DNA from: Trichoplax sp. H2
Lineage: Eukaryota
DNA: 64,000 bases
Assembly: GCA_003344405.1 (NCBI GenBank)
Contig: NOWV01000027.1
Location: forward strand, 372,001 to 436,000
Direction: 5' to 3'
Part shown: positions 14,182 to 27,484 of the stretch, in pieces
How positions within the stretch are numbered: the first letter of the stretch is position 1
How the letters are laid out: each line of letters opens with the position of its first letter
The notes under the pieces: model-generated
What the model saw: only the letters and a program-made list of their open reading frames with translations
Told to the model about the DNA's origin: nothing
Databases searched by the model: none
Position numbers and translations under genes: made by a program

Positions 14182-17100
14182 TTAACCCATCCAGTTTTGA
14201 AAAGAACCAGAATTACTAGGTCTAATGTTAGAGTTCATCGGTGGTGGCTGAAATGAATGATTAACAGGTAAATTAGTTCCAGTGCCTGGCTGTTGTGGAA
14301 ATTGCGGTATTGCGGCGATGTTGCCCCAATTTTGCATTGAGTTAGTGGGATTGGCGCTCATTACTCCAATACCTGGTTGTACCTCAGTAAGATTATTGAT
14401 TGGAGGGACTAACATTGTCATAGGATGTGGCAGGGGGGGCTGAATGACAGATTGATTTAACATTCCTAATCTAGCTGCAGCATCAGGAGGCATAACAGGT
14501 ATTGGACCAACAGTCGAAGCAGTGTTTGGCATCACGCTAGGCAGGGGAGGATTACTTGACGGTATCATCATAGGAAGTGGCGGCGGTACAGCAGAAACAA
14601 CTCCAGCAGGTGGGGGAGCTCGAATACTTTGAGTATTGTCAAATAGGATTGGTGCCATCGATGCTACAGTTTGATTTGATTGAAGTGATGATCCTGATGT
14701 TGAAGTTGGTACTTGACGGACTTGGCCGGATGATCCTGTCGTAACTATGGGCTGGCGTGTTGGCGTATGCATCGCAGTTGATCCTAATAATCAACGTTAT
14801 CAATTATAAAATAGCATTTATTAGTATTAATGTTCTGATATTATACTACTGTACTATATATGTCAGTACAATACAGTTTGTCTGCTGTATACCTATTGAT
14901 GGGTTATTTATTATTGAAGAGTTATTCTGTATTGGCGGCTTAGAAGGTTCTTGTATTTTTGGAGCAGTGCTATTATATGATGCTGATGTTATCATAAAGG
15001 TAGATATAGTCAGTAACTTTTTATTTACGTTAAATAGATTAACCTAGAAATGACTTTATCCGCTAATGACAATCATGCAATTAGTGATGTCGTACATTTT
15101 AGTCTTCGTGCATTTTCCCAGTCCTAAAATGAATTGGTAGTTAGAGATAATATAGTATTGAATAGAAAAATTTATAAAGTTCTGTACGGAATGGATTGAG
15201 GTACCTTCATTGTTATTTTAGGAGGAGAAATCATATTATAGTTGGATGCACCGACGTCGGTTTTATCGTAAAAATCCAGCATTTGCAGACAGATATCTTG
15301 CAGTAATAGAAAAGATTTATAAAGATCATACCTTGAGCACAATCAAATGCAATACAATAAAGCTATCGCAATTAAGGGTTTAGAATTACCTTCCAAAACG
15401 TCACTGTTAATTTCTGGTAGAAAATGTTGCCACCACGATTTTGAATGATCGTAATGTGGGCCGTCCGGGGCGGCACTAAGGTTATATTTGGATAATTTTG
15501 CTGCTAAATGTAACAACGACACCGCAACTACCTGAGGTTTCCATTGCAAGCATAACGTGGTACTGAGACTGATGAATTGTAGACAGATAATGATGAAATA
15601 TTGGTGGTTAGCCATTGATCGCATTTATTCCAAGCGAAACATACCACAATAGATATTTTTACCTGTCATTTACAAAATTCCATGCCATTTGGACTACCTT
15701 TTCAATTTGTGCTCGATCATCTTTTAAATTTTTGGCAAATTTAACAATATATTTATAGGGGTGTTGAACACATAAGTCAAATTTAATGGTTTGTAAAAGT
15801 AATCTTTCATGGCTGATAATCTCCTCCTAAATAAATAAAAAAATTAAGTAAAATAGAACAATCTTATTAATCAGGCGTCATCGTCATCATCGTGGCAATA
15901 TTTTACTACAACGTACAGTATATGAGTATAAGGTATTTTTTCTTGGTTAAATTTTAATAAATGATTCAGTTAGTTTAATTGCTGACTATAATTCTCTTAT
16001 TGATTAATTGTTGGTGATTGACGAGGTTTAATGAAGAAAATTACAACCTTTGGATCATCACCAAATGCTTCCATTTGGCGTTCAGATAATATAGTCCGTA
16101 CAGCTTTGACTAAGTCCCTGCATTTCTTAGGAGTTTCCTCCGCTTTACCTGCTAAATATAGGCATGCCGCAGCGCCAATCTGTAAATCAATTATAAGAAA
16201 AGATTAGAAATAAAAATAATTTTGTTGAATTCAAACAGCGAGAAATATTTCAGCATTGATTTAATAATGGCATGATTGAGTTAGCAGCAGTAATAGTTTC
16301 TTCTTATTACTGTGCAAGATAAAACTTTGGTTGCATGAAAGCATTAGAGACTTACTAATCTATTGATTGTCTTGAAAGAATGCATCATATAAAATCGATG
16401 ATAAAATACGATTCCAGTAGCTACTGTTTCGTATCGCCTACAATTTGAGTTAGTGAGGAATTAAGGAAGCTATATTTTTCAATCTTCATTTGAAATTACA
16501 TGACATTAGGTACTGAATGAAGCACATATGCGTTCATCACTATCAATTATCACAGACTCGACAGGGCCTAGAATCCTATTTGATATTAGATGAATTCCAT
16601 CTATTAACATTAAGCTATGACGATTCTACAGTACGCAGAAGACACGATTTATTACGCTATTGCTTGATTGTTACGGTCAATCCTCGGAATGATAATATAA
16701 TAGCAAGGCAATAGGTTGCCGGCATCTATTGGCCGCTTTAGCATAATTCTTCTAGTCGTTCCAACTATCAGCCATACTCGCATACTATAAATAGAGAAGT
16801 ACTTGGGTATTTTTCTCAAGTCCAATACTATCTATAACTACAAATAATTTCTCTCCAGCGATTACGATCACTGACTGTATTGTACTCTACTGGATGCTTT
16901 TGGATTTTGACGTTGACAGAAAGTATCCAAATATGCTGGATGCATGATCCAGTATTTTTCTTCACGTTGATACAAAATGATTGCCAATACAGTAGTAGGA
17001 ACACAGTATACATTGTAGACTTGTAGACTACGTCATATAATCGCGATAAGATCTATTTTGTGGTTAATGTATAACATGCAGTTATCCAGTTTAGATTATT

Positions 17101-17324
17101 TTGTAATACTAAGGCTAGAATAGAAAACTTATTAGAATCTCTTCTCATGGACAAGTGGATAATTTAGGCTGTCATTGTCAAGGATACAAGTTCATCCTGT
17201 TGCCAACATCCATGATGAATCGGGCACCTTCACGTCTGTAGCGACATTCAGCAGTTATTTCGATACCATCACTCCTTGATGGGCTATTAACAATTTCATT
17301 GCTACAAAAGTACCAAGACGACAT
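14182..17324 (-). CDS. CCNK: Cyclin K (CDK12/13 partner), ~500 aa, cyclin boxes plus Pro/Gln-rich C-terminus
   Basis: Spliced product contains [82 protein letters not shown] and [10 protein letters not shown], all cyclin K hallmarks. Exons: 17324-17188, 16437-16356, 16179-16048, 15826-15663, 15568-15390, 15296-15205, tentative 15123-15096 and 14982-14893, and 14783-14182. Confidence 0.95.
16438..17187 (-). other. U12-type (minor spliceosome) GT-AG intron in cyclin K
   Basis: The 5' splice site is GTATCCTTG. A branch-site TTCCTTAAT lies at 16468-16460, about 22 nt before the AG. Removing the intron restores the frame (MN-L-RYETV). Confidence 0.85.
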
Positions 17325-17957
17325 GATCGATTATTTCAATTTGTTTCTTTTACATTCTAACTCTTGACGACTTGCTAAAAAAAGTAGAAGGTAAAGCCAT
17401 TTCTTTTCTTTCAACGCAGTACGACAGACTGAACCCAGGACGCTAATCCTGTTGCAGTAGTACCGTTCCGCCAGATCGCCACAGTACATTGTACTACGAG
17501 CTACAGTCTCAGTACTGTATGTATGTACTGTAAAGGTCCAGACCAGCCAGAAGATCTCTCTACGCATGACATGCTACAGTGTTGTAGTATGTACTATAGA
17601 GTGTCCCAAGTATGCCTTGGTGCCTTGTATAAATACTCTTTAGGATTGTGTCAATCGTTTACTGTATAGTACAAAGTCAGTGTAAAAAAAATGCCATACT
17701 GTACTCAGTATACTGTACCATATAGTATACTATCTATACAGATACAGTATGTCGTAAGTATTGACTGTCGATAACTATACCTGAAAAACAAGTCTAGTGA
17801 CTGTCTCTCGCTGGATTCTATAATACCACTATGCAACTCATTGGCATGTGACTTCTCTACTTGGCTGTGTATGGCTTGCATAGTGGTGCATGATACCTTT
17901 CGATCAAAACAACCCAAGTATCCTTCGTTTCCATAATCTTTCTGTGTTGATCTAAAA
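17325..17957. promoter_or_regulatory. Putative bidirectional promoter/5'UTR region between head-to-head CCNK and UBR7
   Basis: 633 bp separate the divergent ATGs. The interval is rich in CAGTAC/TACTGTA motifs (17450-17750). Confidence 0.6.
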
Positions 17958-20900
17958 ATGGCGGCAAAGGCTGAAATGAGCGACGATGAAGGGGTTATTT
18001 CAATCCGTGAAGCTATCCAAGCGGAAGAAATTTTAGAGGAAGAGACTGCAGCCGTATTAGGTGATGTTGACGACAATAACTGCACATATTCCAAGGTAAA
18101 TGTACGTTATTGCATAGAATACGTAGAGACAGATTGTATGGTATTCGTTTGCATAGCTGTAGTCTACAGTATTCTTTTAGCCAGTCGACCTATTATGAAT
18201 TAAACCTGGAGAATTTTTATGAATTCTATTGGATTTTATCATCTTTCGATTAGACATATAGATATGCTATACACTACAAACTATTTTTTCCATTTTGTAG
18301 CATGTTGGATTTTATCATCTTTCGATTAGACATATAGATATGTTATACACAACAAACTATTCTTTCCATTTGTAGCAGTTTTGGATAGCCGTTGTCTACT
18401 GTTTAGTTAGTCTTTTAGCCAGTCGACCTATTATGAATTATACATGGAGAATTTTCATAGATTCTATTGGATTTTATCATCTTTCCATTAGATATACTGT
18501 AGATATGTTATACACTACAAACTAACTATTCTTTTCCATTTTGTAGCTTATTGGATTTTATCATATTTCGATTAGACATAGATATGTTGTTATATACTAC
18601 AAACTAACTATTCTTTCCATGTTATAGCTTATTGGATATGATCATATTTCGATTACACATAGATATGTTATACACTACAAACTATTCTTTCCATGTTGTA
18701 GCTTATTGGATTTGATCATCTTTCGATTAGACACACTGTAGATATGTTATACATGACAAACTAACTATTCTTTCCATTTTGTAGCAGATTGGATTTTATC
18801 ATATTTCGATTACACATAGATATGTTATACACTACAAACTATTCTTTCCATCTTGTAGCTTATTGGATTTATCATATTTCGATTACACATAGATATGTTA
18901 TACACTACAAACTCTATACATGGTATACGTTCTTGATCAGTCCTTTTTATACAGCGTACAGCATTCGACGTTATATCATTTTACTTTACTGTATCTCCGA
19001 AATACTGTGCATACGAGTAAGTACTGTACTGTACTGCACTGTAGTAAATGGTAATGCAACCATCGAGTTGAATATTATTATTTATGTTATATCTATAGTG
19101 TTAGCTAATTACAGATCAGCCATATTTTGACGTGGCTTATAAATTCATTTTACTAACGTACTTCCAACACCTGCAATTTTCTCAACTATTCTATCAACAT
19201 AGGGCTATGTGAAACGTCAGCCACTATATGCTTGCTATACCTGTACTGCGAATAAAGGTATTCTGGCAGGAGTTTGCTATGCTTGCAGCATTCATTGCCA
19301 TGATGGTCATATCCTTTACGAATTGTATACCAAAAGGTCAGTAATACAACTTGTATTTAATTTACAATATTTATGCAAGTGTACCATAGGAATCAATACT
19401 TTACTCTTTATGTTAGAAACGAGCTAAATTACACAGCACCTGTTAGCCATGCATGCGTATAGACTACTGTCAACTACCTGTTAACTGTTGTTCTTGTCAT
19501 AGTGAAAGAGAAATTTAAATGGTTGATTAATTCGATCTCTTAACCTATTTGTAATTGTATATAGAAATTTTCGATGTGACTGTGGAAACGATCTCTTTTC
19601 AAGTACTCAGTGCACATTAGATCAAGTAAGCAAGATACTACTGTATCGATAGCGATTATAATTAACAGCCCGAAAAATATTTCTCTCCCTTGATGTGTAT
19701 AGCTGGTTCGTATTTGTATAATTAATCATACAGCAAAATCCATATCTCGATGAGTATACACCATGCATACAGTCACCTTATAGCGCATTTTAAAATACAA
19801 TCAACAATTAGTATCCTTTATGTTGTAATCTTACATGAAAATGTATGGTCTTACCAGCCTCACATATTGAATGGGTTCACTACACTAATTGACTGTTGGT
19901 AATGATGTAAATGCCGTATTTTATTATTAATTGTATCACTGTAAGCTTTATTATCCTGTAACAATCTTGCTGGAGAAAGTTATTGTCATGTGGTAAAGAG
20001 AATTCTATCAAGCTCGTTAAAGTATTGCTATATTGTAAAGGATAGTAAAGTATCCTTTTAGAATATACGATAAGATTGAGGCCTTTATACAGTACTTGCT
20101 TAGTTTATCGAAAAGTAGCTGAGACCTAGCTGAATCAAAATACAATATTTTACTTTGTTTGCCATTTTAAAACCATCGTACTGAAAGCTACTGATAGAAA
20201 TAGGAAATATCTACACTATGTTTCCTTGACAAAGAATACAGAGCACCGAGATTATTAATAAGTTTTGTCAGCAATATTGAGTTCTTGTGAGAATCTTTGA
20301 CCGTAAACTCGCTGTCAAGCGTGCAATCTAATATAACATTGCACTTATTTGCTCAATTATAATTAGTTTTGGACTGAGCAATGCTATACTTAACGTTTCT
20401 TTATAGAAAAAAGATAAATTGAACCTTAAAAATACTTACAATCAGAACTATAAAGGCTTATATTGCGTTTGCAACAGACCTTACCCAGATGAGGAATGTC
20501 CGGTAAGATTCAGCAGTCTTAATGAAATTTATCATTCATTGCGTAGAAATGTATTTATCAGTAAGTGTTAATATTCTCACTGAACTTATTTCTTATTTAG
20601 GAAGAAAATCAGGATCAAATGATACAGTGCAATATTTGTGAGGATTGGTTCCATGCGACGGTAAATTACGTTCATAGCCAATAATAGCACTATAAATGAT
20701 GATTAAATCATAGATCCGAGTAACATGTGCGTGTCATTTCATACTTGAGTATGCTTACATTAGCCTGATAGTCAGTAATTCTATATCTCTTACTGTGAAA
20801 TATCTCGTGTTTATTTCTTGGACGTGAAATGAAGCTTGATTAGGCTGTAGTAATTATTAATAACGCTTGCCTCTTTAAAATTGAACGTGTACATTGAATT

Positions 20901-22171
20901 TAATTTCAGAATACTAAATTATAATTTTTAATAATAAAGCATTTAGGAAAATGTCTACCAGACAATGACCGATTCACAGAGATGACCTGCGACTCATGTG
21001 TCCGCAAGCATTCATTTTTATCCATTTATTCCCCAATAGTAGACGGTAAATATTGATTAAGGATGTACTGTAATTATGACCTATTCCAGAAAAAGTTGTA
21101 TATTTGTGAGTAATGGTTGTTTGGTTAGGATGATGTCGTTGCACGTATTCGGTAATAATGCTATCTTCTATGGTATGCCATTACTACATTGTCCGCCTTT
21201 TTCGTTTCTTCTTCTTCAATAGTTACTTATGATAGTAAGGTAGATGTGGAAAGTTTGCCGACTGATTTGGTTACGTCAAATAAGTCAGTTGATAAGGATG
21301 AACCTAAGCTTAGCGTTAGTAATACTTCAATTTCCTGTGCTGAGGAAAAAGAAGGTGCGACCATTGATTTAATTAATAATGATGGCGCAATTGCAAGGAA
21401 AAGAAAAGCAAGTGATGATCTTTGTACTGATTCAAACGTAAAGAAAGATGCCATAGATACTTGCAAGCTGAAACGATTGCAAGAAAAATATAAAGATATT
21501 AAATGTGACATTTCAGTGATGTACTTCCGCGATAACTGGCGATCAGAGTTGTGCACATGTGGAGATTGTAAGGTTAGATAAGTGATCAAATATTTACTTA
21601 CTGTAATTTTATTTTATAATATAGCAGTAGCTGCTTAATGACATTGTTCATACACAGCAATTCGTATTTACCTTTGCTTCCATTTTGTTGAATTAGTGTC
21701 TATATAAGTCACATGCTGTAGAATTTCTACTGGATCCTGAAGATAGTATCCATGTATACGAAGAGCGCAGCAAAGCTAAATACGAATGTCAGCGACATGC
21801 TGGTATGAATGAACTGGATACTCGAATAGACAATTTGTCATATGATCAGAAATGTCACCTGGCTTACGGTGAGACGCTTTGGATTTGATCAGTGTCTGTA
21901 AGGTTTATGTTTATAACGATTGATATACTCTTTGTCTGCACACTAGGAATCAACGATTTTAAGAATAACTTAACAGAATTTTTGAAAGATCTCGCATCGA
22001 AGAATAAGGTAGACTTTTATGATAGTGCTTGATATCTAATGTATTCCTGGTTAAAGTGATATTAATATCCTGGTTTGACTGTTGTAGGTTGTTGAACCAG
22101 GTGATATTCAGGATTTTTTCAACATGCAGGAAGAAAAACGAAAAAAATTGCGAACGACCCTTCTTAGATGA
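17958..22171 (+). CDS. UBR7: UBR7 E3 ligase/histone chaperone (UBR-box plus PHD-like finger), ~420 aa, 10 exons
   Basis: UBR box: CTYSKGYVKRQPLYACYTC...GVCYACSIHCHDGHILYELYTKRNFRCDCGN. PHD-like region: YNQNYKGLYCVCNRPYPD...MIQCNICEDWFH. Also WRSELCTCGDC and FLLDPED. Exons 17958-18095, 19203-19336, 19565-19625, 20407-20502, 20601-20660, 20940-21045, 21223-21572, 21697-21868, 21947-22008, 22088-22171, all phase-consistent. Confidence 0.95.
18173..18913. repeat. Minisatellite in UBR7 intron 1, ~75-85 bp unit, about 8 copies
   Basis: Unit TTGGATTTTATCATCTTTCGATTAGACATATAGATATGTTATACACTACAAACTATTCTTTCCATTTTGTAGC starts at about 18229, 18306, 18467, 18552, 18632, 18706, 18789 and 18863. The leader TCTTTTAGCCAGTCGACCTATTATGAATTA occurs twice (18173, 18411). 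Confidence 0.9.
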
Positions 22172-22895
22172 TTGTGATAGACTTTTTGTGGTGTGATTAA
22201 CCTTTATCGATATTACACGAGCATCATCTTTTGTCGAGGAAAATCAATATTTAAAAGAGCATAGTATGCATGAGTGAGGACGTCAATGTTTAGAAGGAAT
22301 TTACATATATCAAAATTGCGCATTAGACTACGGCAACGTAGCGTAATTATTCAAAGAATAATAAATTTATGTATTAAAGATCTAATCTTATCAGTAATGA
22401 ATTAATTAATTAATTACGAACTATTTTATTATAACAGAGGCAATGTGTAACAGTTTGTATAGCTTGAAGTAATGTATGCATCAGCTACTATTCACCCCAC
22501 TGTAATAATAATTCATTGATTACTTGATCAGGTAATGATTGCGAATTTTAGCGCATTAAAAAAATTATTATCAGCACGTAATAAATAAGTTTATTGAGAC
22601 TGTATGTATACATTAATGCATTACTATTTAAAAAATATTACGTAATGGAAAATACGCCATTCTGCAAATAAAATTTTAATACTTTGCAGCATTTATATTG
22701 CAAGTCGTACAGTACATTAGTAATTGTAGCCATTCGAAATTGAAGTAATTGAATATAATGCTACAAAGCATTTCGATGCTATACATGGGAATGATGGGAT
22801 CAACCATATTAGATACTATTATGATGCAAGAATAGCAAGACTTTTAGGGGCAATTGTATTTGTCATTATTGAGGTCTACCTTTGTAATTGAATTT

Positions 22896-25842
22896 TCATG
22901 ACTTTGTTAAGAATTTCTTTAACGAAGAGATGTTTTCTTCGATATTAACAAGAGTTGTATGATCTATAACTAAATCAGCTGAAAGGTTTGATATACCCGC
23001 GTCGTATAAGTTAGTAGAGATATTAGATTCTTCCTGCTTCTTAACTTTATTTACAGTTAAGAAATTATCTTCAGCCAAGTATTCAGGTGATACTGATTCT
23101 AAGAATAAAATTCTATCTTCAAGGTGCTTTAAGCGTTTGTAAATATCACCAGGTACCGGATAATCTATTGAGAGTACATTAAGAGCATGAATGAGATTTC
23201 CTAAAATTTGGGTGTGATGTTTGAACCATGAATTTAAAACCTGGTTTAATGCCAAGGTAGTTTTCCATATTCATAAGTCTCTCTTCTATTCCAACTGGTA
23301 GATTAAAACGTGTTATAGGGTGGGTTGGATTCTCAGCTCTGGAATCTGCATTATTTTCTTTACTACACTGGTCCCTATGAGGGTCTGTAGATTTTCTTTT
23401 TCGCATGGTATCCGTATCATCATAGGAAACTCTTGTTACTTGCATCGTAACATGATTTGATGGAATATTTGAGGGTATAGTAGAGGTGAATTCTTTTAAT
23501 TTTTATACTTATTTCACAATACGAATATTATCAGGAGTTATCATCCATGCCAAAGTATTTAGTTATTATCGAATTACCGAATCAAACTTAGAGGATCTTA
23601 TCCTTACCTTTCACATGACTACTTTGTTGGTTCCTTTTAACAAACATTGCATGAGTTCGAGCAGATTTTCCTTCTAAAGAAAGAGTACTTATTGATGTTA
23701 GCAAGGCAAGCATGTAATATGAATAATTACGTACAGTTTAAATACTCATATTCTATACGGTGAGTTGTCATCCTTTTAGATGGGTATTATGAGTAAAAAG
23801 TCGCACATTTAAACTAGTCCAATTTCTAAAAGCGAAAGCTTTACCTTCAATAAGGACATTACTATTATCACTGATGGGATAAAACTCTCTTTTGTTGGTA
23901 ATATTAGCATCAAGCTTCTTTCTTTCAATAAAAGCATTTATACGGCGACCGATCTGAATGTAATAAACAATAAACAATTCATTTATATTATAATTTGATT
24001 CTAATGTAGACCCTCGATAATTGTAAGAATAGTAAAATGGACAAGCAGTAATTCTTCGGTTCTATATCAATGTTCTACGTATTCTAGTAATTTTTTCAGT
24101 ACCTCACTTTTGTTGGCGATAATCTGTACAATGGAGGGATCGAGTTTTGGCGTTTTACCTTCAATTACATTGTAGGACAAATATTATTGTGATTACTTTT
24201 AGGCAGTTTAAGGAGCATAATATTATAATGAATGTTATACATGTATGTGAAAGGATATTTACTTGCTGATTTTTTAATTGAACTTTCGCCTTGGTCTTGA
24301 TTATGATTATCAGTCAATTTTTGATGGACTTCCTGATTACATAAATGCATAGGTATAAGTATTAAATTTTATTTCGAAAATTATGTCGTTGAAGGTGCCT
24401 TTTTACTACTGTATCAGATGCGATTTAAAATCAACATTACTTAAATCTTCAAAATAGAGACTTTATCATCAATCTGGTCTGCTACTGGTAGTATTCTAAG
24501 CATTGGAAACGTGCTTATTACTTTAGTACTAGCAAAGTGCTACTTGTGAGTTGTGACACACATTTTGCGTAGATGTACTCTTACAGCATTGCACAGTAGT
24601 AGATTTATAGCAAGCAGTTAGTGGCACCCAGTTCATCATCCTCTGTTGTAGGAGTTTGTCAATACGTGCATTCAATACTTTTAAGTGATTACAACTAGGG
24701 ACTTTTTTTGAGTAGTTCCAGCTATAACTTACACTAGTAATAGCTATTTAGTTGTATGCACGGCATTGTATGAGTACAGTAGTTCTAGAACTAAAATAGT
24801 TAAAATTATTGAACGAATTATTATTTCAATCTTTCAAACTGCAATGGAATCTTTAGATCATTACTTACAAGTCGTTTCCATATCTGGATTACGGCATGTA
24901 AATGCATAAACTATGAATAATTTGCTCTATAACTAACGAACTAACCTGTAGAGATAGTATTAAATTCTTTATTTCTTTAGCTAAATTTCGCTTCTCAGTT
25001 TGCGGACTGCAGCTTGTAGAGGCACTTGTGTCAGGACAGGTAGAGGTATCGCTGAATTGATTTGCAGTCTAAGGTAAAGTGTAAAGAATAATTACGATGC
25101 ATAAATTAATAAATGCAATCATAAATTTATATACACATTGCTAAAGCATTTACAATCAGTTTATTATACGGATACATGAATACACAAATATTTATAGGCA
25201 TAAGAAAGAAGTCATTTTAACTAGGCTATGATAGAAAGAAAATAGGAAACGTAATCCCGTATCTACTAAATTTGAGGACAAATCTTGGTGTTCCATAGGC
25301 AATAACTAACCATGAATGAACACAGGTAATCATTTTAAATATTATTATCATGTATGAGTTCTAAGGGCCGTATTGATTAGACTGTTTGTAGGTATGTCTA
25401 AATAATAAAAGTATTATGATTTTGTTGAACTACCTTGTACTATTGATTTCTGACTAAGTTGCTTAGTGGCGTCATTAGAAAAGAGGAAACTGTTGTACAA
25501 TTTACCACAATGACCAACTCCTACTTTATTTGGTATGATGTCTAAAAATGCCTGCAATCATCCATTTTATGGGTATTGTGTTAAAGTTGTGATAATGTGT
25601 ACAGTCTATAATGTACGAATGCTATTTTAGTTTGATCCTGCTTGCAAAATGATGAAGCAATTTGAACGTTGTCAAAATGTAATCATCGTCGAGCAGAGGG
25701 AAGGAAAATGCAACCTAATTTGATTTAATACACCCTATAGCTCCATGTATCCATAGCCTCATAGTATCCTACTAACCCAACGATCGAGTTGTTGACTTAT
25801 TATTTTTTTGCAGTCTTGCCGTAATAATTCTATTTCAGCCAT
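22896..25842 (-). CDS. MBIP: MAP3K12-binding inhibitory protein (ATAC complex subunit), ~318 aa
   Basis: Motifs DPSIVQIIANKSE-IGRRINAFIERKK...NKREF, SARTHAMF...SHVKVTRV, GIEERLMNMENYL and PVPGDIYKRLKHLEDRILFLESVSPEY parallel human MBIP as recalled. Exons 25842-25777 and 25068-24946 are tentative. Then 24332-24263, 24158-24103, 23953-23845, 23673-23608, 23438-23241 and 23164-22896. The two overlapping ORFs in the track are joined by a 76-nt intron (23240-23165). Confidence 0.88.
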
Positions 25843-25964
25843 GTTTTCATCCATTAATTTGAACCAAATGAATGACATTGAAGCTTGGTGATGGCCAAGC
25901 AATCCATCCAGGTTACTACTCGCTTTTCGGTAGCGCAACCGATACTGTGTCTTGTAAAATTTGG

Positions 25965-26915
25965 AAACAGTGTACAGTGTACACTCAGTACTGTACTATG
26001 AGAAATTGAGTCTTGATAGGAACATGGTACAGTGTCCAGTACTATACTGTACAGTACACGACTTGTAGAGTGTAGAGTGTACAGTATAGCGTGCTGAAAT
26101 GCACTGTACACTGTACACTCAGTACTGTACTGTACAGTACTGTACTGTGAAGTGAGAAATTGATTCTTGATAGCAACATGCTACTACAGTATAGTCAGCT
26201 CAATACTGATAGGACCGTTGTACAGTGTACAGTATCGTACTGTACACGACTTGTAGAGTGTACAGTGTACAGTATAACCAGCTATAATGCACTGTAAACT
26301 GTACACTGTACTGTACTGTGAAGTGAGAAATTGATTCTTGATAGCAACAGGCTACTACAGTATAGTCAGCTCAATACTGATAGGAACATTGTACGGTGTA
26401 GAGTACAGTCCTGTACTGTACACGACTTGTAGAGTGTACAGTGTACAGTATAACCTGCTACAATGCACTATACTGTACACTGTACACTGTACTGCACTGT
26501 GAATTGAGAAATTGATTCTTGACAGCAACATGCTACTACAGTACAGTATAGTTAGCTCAATACTGATAGGAACATTGTACAGTGTACAGTATTGTACTGT
26601 AGACGACTTGTAGAGTGTACAGTGTACAGTATAGCCTGATACAATACACTGTACATTGTACATTCAGTACTGTACTGTACTGTGAAGTGAGAAATTGATT
26701 CTTGACAACAACATGGTACTGTATACAGTATAGTCAGCTCAATACTGATAGGAACATTGTACAGTATACAGTACTGTACTGTATACGACTCGTAGAGTGT
26801 ACAGTCTACAGTCTACAGTGTATAATCTGCTACAATGCACTGTACTGTACAGTACTATGAAGTGAGAAATTGATTCTTGATAGCAACATTGTACTACAGT
26901 ACAGTACAGTCAGCT
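25965..26915. repeat. Tandem array of ~155-185 bp units (about 5) built from TACAG/CTGTAC submotifs
   Basis: Anchor TGAGAAATTGATTCTTGATAGCAACA recurs at about 25999, 26153, 26324, 26505, 26688 and 26863. GACTTGTAGAGTGTACAG and CAGCTCAATACTGATAGGAAC recur between the anchors. Confidence 0.9.
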
Positions 26916-27484
26916 ACAATAGTAACAATATTGTATTGTACTTATTTGTACGTGTACACTGAGTTACGTCACAGTTCTGCAAAAAAGGTTCACTTGACCG
27001 CCAAGGTGCGTGAAGAGGTACTGTACCACATAGCATTGCATTATTCTGCGCCCACGTACTGTCCTATCGAATCTCTAATAATGTGATAATAAAAGCCAAC
27101 AATAGGATTAATTAAGAAAAACTCAACCTTTGTGCATTGATATTTGTTTATCAGAGCCCTATTATGTATTGTGTCACGATTTTTTGATGCGTAATCAGTT
27201 GAAAACTATAGAATAAACGGGGTAGGACAATGAAGTTCAGTACAGTACTGTACAGTGTACCAATCGCTTCAAACACTGCTAGTCTTTTACTACAAACTGT
27301 CGTCACTATGACGCTTGGATATCGTATTGTCACAGTACTTAAGACGCCATTGAATATCGCGTTTGTAATATTGAAAGCTCACGCCAATGTAGACGGGTTG
27401 TAAATGCTTGCAGGTCCTCATTTTTTGATATAGTATTTCTATCGAAATTGATTTACTGTACAACAGCTTTGCATGTAAGTAGCA

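Noticed and set aside
18173..18913. Regular repeats as a CRISPR array
   Set aside because: Whole units repeat with no unique spacers, there are no cas genes, and the context is a eukaryotic intron.
23179..23255. Overlapping MBIP ORFs suggesting a frameshift or pseudogene
   Set aside because: A 76-nt GT-AG intron (23240-23165) joins them in frame.
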